A stretch of 46,543 bases of DNA from the NCBI GenBank assembly GCA_049472335.1, contig JBLIRO010000040.1, positions 1 through 46,543 of the forward strand, written 5' to 3'. Source of the DNA: a bacterium. GTDB taxonomy: Bacteria; SZUA-182; DTGQ01; JAFGSM01. Under the pieces are notes generated by a model that was not told the origin of the DNA, searched no databases, and worked only from the letters and a program-made list of their open reading frames with translations. A program made the position numbers and the translations under genes. Of this stretch, positions 39,344-46,543 are shown one piece after another. Each line of letters begins with the position of its first letter. The stretch's first letter is position 1.

Positions 39344-39611
39344 TCGTTTACTCCGTTGTCCCTCCCGAAAATTACGTCCTTGTTTAATTACAAAGAATTA
39401 CGTTGAATTATCATTTTAAGCAAATCTAACCCAAAAACTTGTGCATATTTCTCAGCATGCAAATAAATTTGAATGTCCAGTTGAAATTATTAAAATAATG
39501 AAGCCTTTTGGCTAAACAAAAATTGTGCCGAACAGTATTGGAAAAAATACGTCAAATTTTTAAAAAAATGAAAATATAAAATACTAAATCATTAGCCTAA
39601 AGTACAATATC

Positions 39612-39980
39612 TTAAATTTTTAAGAAATATTTCAGTAGTATCTCATTTACCATTCCCCTGTATGTCTTTTTACTTATTAGTTTTTTATCAGTCAATAAAG
39701 TAAGTTGAGCCAACTTAACATAAGAGATCATGAACTTTCCGAACAAATTTAAAGTGAGAACATTCAGCCACCTATGAAGAAAAAGACCAAGTAAAAAACT
39801 AATTCCTGAAATAACCACAAAAGATATCTCTATTGGAAATAAGTTTGGATATAACACAAAAGCTAATGTTACTACTCCACTACATAGGAGCCCCGCAAAT
39901 AGCCCAGAACGGGATATCATCAATTTTGATTTATGCATAGATTTATTTTCTTTATACATAGCGTTTTCTCTCCTCTTCAA
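39612..39980 (-). CDS. Small hypothetical membrane protein (2 TM)
   Basis: Two hydrophobic segments; start overlaps the stop of the upstream PDZ gene. Confidence 0.6.
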   Translation of the reverse strand: MKRRENAMYKENKSMHKSKLMISRSGLFAGLLCSGVVTLAFVLYPNLFPIEISFVVISGISFLLGLFLHRWLNVLTLNLFGKFMISYVKLAQLTLLTDKKLISKKTYRGMVNEILLKYFLKI

Positions 39981-41541
39981 TAAGATTTCTCATTTTTACT
40001 AGTCGTTTCTCTTCCTGATGCCGTTCCTCTTGTTCACGCTGTTTCTTCTCTTTATGACGCTTTTCTTGCTCTTGGATATCTCTTAACTGTCGATCACTCT
40101 TCTCTTTTTCCAAACGTTCCTTTTTGCGACGTTTCTCCTCATCCCGCAATTTCTTTTGCACACGCCTGTCCGCCTCTTGATCAATAATGTCAATCATCTC
40201 ATCAAAGAGATGTTCCATTTCCTTATGTTTGCTGTTGTCTTTATAGCCTAATTCACTCAACAGTTCAGTACTTAATAGTGCTTCATCTACTAAATTAATA
40301 TCAGAGGATAAATTACGTATCTCTAAAACTATATATACACATATTAACAACATGATAAAAAATAAGTAAGCGGCAAGAATTGGTTTACCTGCACTTATAT
40401 TATCTAAAACAAAGATCCATATTAGTATAACTAGTAAGATTCGTAATATTGTCACCATCATTCTTTTCATTTTAAAGGTTTCCTTATACATTTGGATGAA
40501 TTCAATTGGGTCAGTAGCATCTTCACCATCAATAAATTCTTCCCTAAATAACCGTTCACTGACTCTTTCTTTGATAAAATCTCTAATCCTGATAAATAAA
40601 TGAAAACGAGGCTTATGGATATACCTTTTATATTTTCTTGATAAAAAGAAAAGAAACCAAGAAAGAGGGATACCTATATCCAACATAATCGGCCAGGTAG
40701 TGTAGTTTATTTCTCTTGTGATCAATATAAATAATAGATAACCAATCGGTAATCCGAAAGTTGGGAAAGTTTTTCTATATGGGATAAAACCTATATAATA
40801 ACATCCACTATATATTATCCAAATAATAATAGACACCAGAAGCATACAAATCAGTGGATTTGTAAGGCCAAACCGCTGTAAAGTGATATGAACTGTTATA
40901 TATTGCCCTCCTCGTAAGACGTTAAAATCCAAGATCTTGCCAATAGAAGCACTTCGCAATCTTTGTTCAGCTTCTAATAAGGATTTATACCTCGGAGCAT
41001 CTTGTGACTCTAAATCTGTCAGAGCAGAAGATTTTGCCTCAGAAATTGTATCACCAAAAAAATCATATCCATCTATACCAATAATTATGTCGCCATTTTT
41101 CATCCCTGCTTGTTCTGCAGGACCATATTTATAGACCTTTTTTATATAAATAGCAGGTGGTATCTTTCTAATAAACTTTTCTGTAAGGAGTTGTCTAGCA
41201 ACGTTGAACTTGTATTTTTTATTATGAGTTGTTCGGAAAACTTCAAGGATTAATGTATCTGATGCGGAAGTTGTTTCTAATATCTTATCTACTTTTCTAA
41301 TGCTTCTAACTTTCTGACCATTAATAGTTAATAATAAATCACCTTGTAAGATAGAGTCTGATATTAAATCATTATTCCGATTTAGGACAGACACGTCTCG
41401 ATTAAAATATAGATGTGATGGAATTCCGGACCAATACGTTCCGTCTGAAGGGCGATTTATTACTCGCCATCCTTGTACAATTACAAGAATAAAAAGATAG
41501 ATTATTAGAATAGTGATGAAAAAACGTAATGTGATTTTCAT
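39952..41541 (-). CDS. Membrane protein with two PDZ-like domains, ~6 TM helices and a charged coiled-coil tail
   Basis: GDLLLTING and GPAEQAGMKNGDIIIGIDG PDZ motifs; hydrophobic segments; E/K/R/Q-rich C-terminus; GGAG SD. Confidence 0.75.
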   Translation of the reverse strand: MKITLRFFITILIIYLFILVIVQGWRVINRPSDGTYWSGIPSHLYFNRDVSVLNRNNDLISDSILQGDLLLTINGQKVRSIRKVDKILETTSASDTLILEVFRTTHNKKYKFNVARQLLTEKFIRKIPPAIYIKKVYKYGPAEQAGMKNGDIIIGIDGYDFFGDTISEAKSSALTDLESQDAPRYKSLLEAEQRLRSASIGKILDFNVLRGGQYITVHITLQRFGLTNPLICMLLVSIIIWIIYSGCYYIGFIPYRKTFPTFGLPIGYLLFILITREINYTTWPIMLDIGIPLSWFLFFLSRKYKRYIHKPRFHLFIRIRDFIKERVSERLFREEFIDGEDATDPIEFIQMYKETFKMKRMMVTILRILLVILIWIFVLDNISAGKPILAAYLFFIMLLICVYIVLEIRNLSSDINLVDEALLSTELLSELGYKDNSKHKEMEHLFDEMIDIIDQEADRRVQKKLRDEEKRRKKERLEKEKSDRQLRDIQEQEKRHKEKKQREQEERHQEEKRLVKMRNLIEEERKRYV

Positions 41542-41614
41542 GATTTATCTCCTAATTATTTATAATATTTGCCTAGGCTTCGATCAAAAATAAGTTGTAT
41601 TTTTGACCGAAGTC

Positions 41615-43882
41615 TTAATTAGTGAAAGGTCTCATGATTCCTTTAAAACAATTTTCAATAAACGTCATATAATCATCATCATTTACGTCCTTATCTTGGG
41701 GAACAGATTGTTGCCAATTGATGGTGTAATACTTTGCAAGTTTTTGCTGTTCATCAGGGCTAAAATTAGAGAGTGGTATTTGATGAAAAGTCTTCCCTTG
41801 GGCTTTTGCCAGAGCAACAGTCTTAGCTGGAATTGAAAATTCAGTAGGCAATACACAGGAAACAGAATATTTTGCGTATTTCAGGGCCACCACTAAAAGA
41901 ATATCCCACCATGGGTTTTTATATACATAGTTTATTAGGCTTGATAACACTGGTCCAATACCTTCGATTTCTTCAAAATCTTCTGACTTAGGAACTCGCT
42001 GCTCAAATTCAGCTCCATATTCCCGCTGAATGTTTCTTAATGGTGTTCCTGTTTCACAGAATGAAATAAATCCAACCCTTTCATAAAAATAAATCTTTAC
42101 CTGTTCTTTATCTCTTTCATCAACTAACGCTCTAGGGAGGTGGTAAATCAATTCAGCAATATATCGAGGCCCTCCTCCGTATCCAAACCATGTATAGTTT
42201 GATTTCACTTTTACCTTGGACCGCGGGTCTATTATCCAAACTACCGGTTCAAATATATTCATATAATTAATCCTCGAAAGACGTTGTCTTTTCACATAGA
42301 GTTTTGGCTTAATACAAGGATTAAAAGCCATACTCATATGATCCTTTAGAGTCGTGCGAAGATCAATTCCATATTCGAGTGAGCCTCGATACTCAGCGCT
42401 CACTAGGTGACGGTCAATATATTCTGTTAAATTATGTGCCTTTTGGCGCATTCTTTTAAGAAACCGCTTATATGGCGGCCATAAAGCATTGCACAAGTCT
42501 TTGGAGGGTGGAGGTGATGGTGACAGGGCCGGTGGTGGTGGCATTACCATGAGCTGCTCTGGGAGTTGTTCTGGAATACAAAAGCGAGGTTTATATTGAA
42601 AGGTATCTTCTTTGATATTCGCAGATAGGCTTTTGTTGATACTGTCTATATCAATCTGATTAAAAAATTCGAGAAGATGACGATGAATAATTGCTGAAAA
42701 ACGCTTATTAAAACTAGTGGCAGCAGCCTGAAGAACATGTTCTAATTTTGGCGATACACCTTTATCTGTTCCCATTCGAGCATTTATTGTCAGTTTATTA
42801 AGGAGACTCGCAAATTCAATAAAGTTATAGGCCGAAAATTTTTTTTGATAATCGTTTTTTTCATTAATTTTTTGAATGACCTCTAACAAGGCTTTTCTCT
42901 TATTAAAATCTTTTGCATTACTAGTTTTTTGAATATGTTGTATAATTAAAACTTTTTCACTAGATGTTATTATTCTTCCAATTTCTTTATGAAGACTATC
43001 TAATAGATTCTCTTTTCCAGCAAATTTTATGTTTTTTATCCGTTCTAATACCTTCATAATATTACCAGAAATTTTTTTGGTTCTTAGCTTAGCTATAGTA
43101 TCATTAGATATAGTATAGCAAGTATTTTTGTCCCTGTATCTTTCATATATCTCAACTAATTTCGGCATATCATCTAAGTAATAAAGGAGAATGTTTAAAT
43201 TCGGTTTCAATATTTCAAGTTTAAGGGGAGTTCGAACTTGTTCTTTATCTTCCGTAATTAGTTTAGGCTCTTTTAGAAGTTTTCTAATGGGTGCTACATG
43301 AGCCACATCACATACAAAAAGTATATTTGAACGTTGATATTTGGTATGAAGCAAACGAAGTTGATCTGCCATAAAAATCTCACGCCTAGTATCTATTGGG
43401 TCAATGCGAGCAGATGGATGAGATATATCTTTCTGAATAAGATCCAAATACCATTTTGCACCATATTTCAAGATTAGGTTATCATCAGGCCAGTCAGGAA
43501 ATATCATGCAATAACGATCTAAAAGATGCGCAGGATTAATTTCTATGTCAATGTAATGTAATGGTATGCCTTCATCAACAGCGATCCGGACCGCTTCAAT
43601 AATTCCATCGCACGGAGTGATAGGAAACACCTCTCGATCTTCTATTGCTCCATTATGTCCTTGCCCCACCTTTGAGACAAGAAGAGATACTTGAGGTAAT
43701 TTTTTAATTGCTTCCCTAATCTTACCATCTATTGAGGCTGGCAATTCGACAGCAAAAATAAAATCTTCACCCTTGTGTTTGAATTCAGCCACTGCTCGCT
43801 GAACAAGGACAGCAAAATTTAAGCGTGCTCTGATAATTGGCACGAAAAATATATTATTGTGTTTTATATATGGTAAGCTCAT
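41615..43882 (-). CDS. 755 aa MoxR-associated protein with TraB/ChaN(TIKI)-like N-terminal motifs
   Basis: FAVELP, PCDGIIEAVR, RREIFMADQL, ILFVCDVAH; poly-Pro linker; GIDLRTTL motif. Confidence 0.65.
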   Translation of the reverse strand: MSLPYIKHNNIFFVPIIRARLNFAVLVQRAVAEFKHKGEDFIFAVELPASIDGKIREAIKKLPQVSLLVSKVGQGHNGAIEDREVFPITPCDGIIEAVRIAVDEGIPLHYIDIEINPAHLLDRYCMIFPDWPDDNLILKYGAKWYLDLIQKDISHPSARIDPIDTRREIFMADQLRLLHTKYQRSNILFVCDVAHVAPIRKLLKEPKLITEDKEQVRTPLKLEILKPNLNILLYYLDDMPKLVEIYERYRDKNTCYTISNDTIAKLRTKKISGNIMKVLERIKNIKFAGKENLLDSLHKEIGRIITSSEKVLIIQHIQKTSNAKDFNKRKALLEVIQKINEKNDYQKKFSAYNFIEFASLLNKLTINARMGTDKGVSPKLEHVLQAAATSFNKRFSAIIHRHLLEFFNQIDIDSINKSLSANIKEDTFQYKPRFCIPEQLPEQLMVMPPPPALSPSPPPSKDLCNALWPPYKRFLKRMRQKAHNLTEYIDRHLVSAEYRGSLEYGIDLRTTLKDHMSMAFNPCIKPKLYVKRQRLSRINYMNIFEPVVWIIDPRSKVKVKSNYTWFGYGGGPRYIAELIYHLPRALVDERDKEQVKIYFYERVGFISFCETGTPLRNIQREYGAEFEQRVPKSEDFEEIEGIGPVLSSLINYVYKNPWWDILLVVALKYAKYSVSCVLPTEFSIPAKTVALAKAQGKTFHQIPLSNFSPDEQQKLAKYYTINWQQSVPQDKDVNDDDYMTFIENCFKGIMRPFTN

Positions 43883-43914
43883 TATTCTATCTTTTATTCT
43901 TAGATTTTGGCTTC

Positions 43915-44808
43915 TTAAGATCGAAAAATAAGAGGAGCAATAGTTTTTAATATCAAAGATTCTGTCAAATCTCTGTCATACCATTTATAATAATAACGCA
44001 TGGCAAAAGCCATTAAACTTATAGCTTGACGGGTCGAGATTTTCTGACTTTCCTCCTCGTTATACCACTCTTGAAATGCGCTGAGAAATCCTTCTGGGCA
44101 TTGTAAGTTCATTTTAAGGATAGCAAGTAAATCTTCAAGTGAAAAATAATCTACTTCGATAACCGGCAAGGTCCTTTGTTCTATATACTCTGGCAAAATA
44201 CTTCTAACTTCTCCTAACCCTGGATTTAGGGCGCAACAAAATCTGAACCGTTTCCTGGTTTCATCATCCTTTGGACCTATGCGAAGCCCGGTCATTGCAG
44301 ACTCTATATACAGTCGGTCGTCCAATACAGAAACTAGTGGGCTTAATGCCCGTTCAGGAACTCGATTAATCTCATCAAAGAAAAATAGCCCTCCTTTATA
44401 TATAGCTGTTGCCAGAGTACTTGCTCTAAGTATCAAGGGGATAACATTGCTATGTGGGGCTTTATAGTCTGGCTGGTCAGGTATTAAGTGTATAGAAAGA
44501 TCTTCTGGGGTTACTTCCTCATGGCCTTGAAAAGTATAAAGCGGCAATTTAAGCCTACGGGCAATTTCATAGACAATTTCGTTTTTCCCGACTCCAGGTG
44601 GTCCCTGTAAGCGAAAATGTAAAGGACGATTATTCCCTTCCCCAAGCTTATATTGTCTGATATCGATATCCCAGGCTGTTTCACAATACGCCAATTCTTT
44701 ACTACGACTGACGAAATTACAGGGTGGAATATCTGTTGGATTGGCTAAATAAACCAATCGGCCATCTATTTTTATTGTTTTTTCATCTTTTTCGACTATA
44801 TCTGCCAT
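43915..44808 (-). CDS. MoxR/CbbQ-like (dynein-related) AAA+ ATPase
   Basis: GPPGVGKN Walker A, FQGHEEVTPEDL, LFFFDEINR Walker B, SVLDDR, CALNP sensor. Confidence 0.88.
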   Translation of the reverse strand: MADIVEKDEKTIKIDGRLVYLANPTDIPPCNFVSRSKELAYCETAWDIDIRQYKLGEGNNRPLHFRLQGPPGVGKNEIVYEIARRLKLPLYTFQGHEEVTPEDLSIHLIPDQPDYKAPHSNVIPLILRASTLATAIYKGGLFFFDEINRVPERALSPLVSVLDDRLYIESAMTGLRIGPKDDETRKRFRFCCALNPGLGEVRSILPEYIEQRTLPVIEVDYFSLEDLLAILKMNLQCPEGFLSAFQEWYNEEESQKISTRQAISLMAFAMRYYYKWYDRDLTESLILKTIAPLIFRS

Positions 44809-44832
44809 GATGTATGTCCTTTACAGAAGAAA

Positions 44833-46407
44833 TTACATGTTTTTTGCTTTAGTAACACATATTCGGAATCCTATTTTTTGAAATCGTGCGTAAGGATCGA
44901 ACCAACCGCCAATAAGCAACCAAATATGATTATTTGAACCTACCCATGCCCCCCCTTTCACAATTACAGGCTCGTTAATCTTTTCTTGAGTCTGCGATGG
45001 TATTTTGTCAGTTACAGGGTAAGTAATGGGAAGCCAAGTATCACACCATTGCCAAACATTACCATAAAAATCATAACAACCAATTTTATAAGGTTTGAAA
45101 ACACCCACAGGAGTCAATTTATTATATTCTAATTGCTCCTTATACTCATCCGCATATTTATCAAGATATTCAATCAGCCTAGAGACGAGTTCTTGGATTC
45201 TATCGCTGCTGTTTTGTTCAGGAGAGCCCTTCTCCTCCTTTCCAATTAATCTTTTTATTAAGTTGGTTATAGCTTCTATAGTATTTGTGTACCAAACTCT
45301 CGATTGGAAAATATTTTTTCGAATATGTTTTAATTGGAATACGATTTCATCACCATGTGCAGCATAGTCCCATTGAAGCTCATTAGGCAATCTGAAGACA
45401 TATTCGGTATTTTTCTCACAGAGCCAGCGACAATAGGCCAATGCTTCATAAAAACTGATACCAACCACAGGATAGTTAGGTTTATTAAGTTCACTAATAA
45501 ACCAGTATTTTGGATATTTAATTTTATTTTTTTGGATCCACGACCAACTTCCTTCATTCCAAAATATCTTCTTATCATATCATCCATCTTGGACAAATTT
45601 TGCAAATTCCATATTTGTAACAAGATATTTTCCAATTTTAAAAGATGATAAATCTTTAATACTATCTACAAGTATTGTACCTTTTAGTGGATTATCAACA
45701 ATTGCAATGATACGTGGATCCAGAAAGTTTAATGCCTCTGCACTCTCGATCCTACTTTCTAACATAGGATTTATATTAAATTTAATTCTATCTGCTGTCT
45801 CGACGATTACAGATCTATGTGAGTCTATTCCTTCGGGAATTTCATGCAAACATTGAAGCGCTAATAGGGGGTTAATTTTATAGAGATGTTTTATCAAGTC
45901 TTTTAATTGAGAATCTTTTAGAAATCCTGTTAGGATTTTCATTACTTCTTCCCAGAATAACCACTCCTCATGAGGGATGTCTCTGAGATATTTATCGATA
46001 ATGTCGGTTACTTCCCCAGTTTCCATATCTTTAACCAACTGTTTAGCAACAAAATAATCTCGATACAATATGTGATTAAATTGGAGTATATGATTGTCAG
46101 CAAGATTCCTTATGAGTCCCATTGCCCGGGCATGATTAAGCCATTCTGCATCTCTTTGCGTTTTAATTTCAATCGATGTCTTTGCTTCCTTTATCATTTC
46201 TATGGCACTATGAGGCAATAATTCTACTAAAATACGTTTGATATGAAGAGCTAGTCCTTTATTACGGGTACGAAGTGTTCCACGATGCCCACCAATATAT
46301 ATTTTCTCTTTCTTTTTTACGTACATATCCAATATCTTTTTTAAATTGTAGTTTTCGAGACATGAATCATCTAGGGCTATTTCCCAGATTATTAAAGAGT
46401 TCTGCAA
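44833..46407 (-). pseudogene. NACHT-tail/HEAT + FGE-sulfatase (SUMF1) domain gene split by one in-frame TGA at 45580-45582
   Basis: ORFs 45580..46407 and 44833..45468 share a frame, and the 37 intervening codons are open: GKYLVTNMEFAKFVQDG*YDKKIFW...PNYPVVGISFYEALAYCRWL...RLPNELQWD...DFYGNVWQW...KGGAW...IGFR. Confidence 0.85.
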
Positions 46408-46543
46408 AATAAAAATTTAAAAAGTGAGCTTAAGAGTTCTTAAGCAAAAAATTGATAGAGGCTGACACTAGTTGTCCTTTATAGACTAAAAACTTAACAA
46501 ATGAGTCAAGTTTTTACCGATTGTTTTAGTGCGAAATGGAAAC

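Noticed and set aside
37700..39445. Possible IS-like ends flanking abiE (around 37703 and 39424)
   Set aside because: They do not form a convincing inverted pair or target duplication, and no transposase is present
44833..44960. Diversity-generating retroelement target (FGE C-terminus GGAW...IGFR)
   Set aside because: No template repeat or reverse transcriptase seen in the window; a remote DGR cannot be excluded
45580..45582. Selenocysteine or genetic code 25 recoding
   Set aside because: The site corresponds to Gly, no SECIS-like hairpin is evident, and TGA terminates several conserved genes here
45330..45635. 101 aa ORF as a frameshifted middle piece of the FGE gene
   Set aside because: The motif-bearing sequence stays in the original frame across the TGA; this ORF is off-frame

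Overview
Bacterial chromosomal segment, probably from a diderm anaerobe (Desulfobacterota/Nitrospirota-like gene content; taxonomy is inference). Genetic code looks standard, since TGA ends grpE, htpX and comEC. The core carries mazG-khpA-split transketolase-ftsEX-envC-ctpA-divergent polysaccharide deacetylase-tsaD, a CIRCE-controlled hrcA-grpE-dnaK-rsmE-htpX cluster without dnaJ, def-fmt-DUF116-DUF2905, pcm, ftsK-lolA, a multidomain acyl-CoA dehydratase activase and comEC. Accessory content includes two Gly/aromatic repeat proteins (one with a sigma54 promoter and structured UTRs), a SPOR + beta-barrel protein, a sensor-less sigma54 activator with its own sigma54 promoter, a broken DUF4258/YgiT pair and an AbiEi/AbiEii type IV TA. 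The right end holds an AT-rich five-gene minus-strand operon: a NACHT-tail/HEAT-FGE-sulfatase gene interrupted by one in-frame TGA, a MoxR-like AAA+ ATPase, a 755 aa TraB/ChaN-like partner, a double-PDZ membrane protein and a small membrane protein. That operon is the best candidate for an undescribed system. No rRNA, tRNA, CRISPR array or intact transposase was seen. All family calls come from motif recognition, not database searches.
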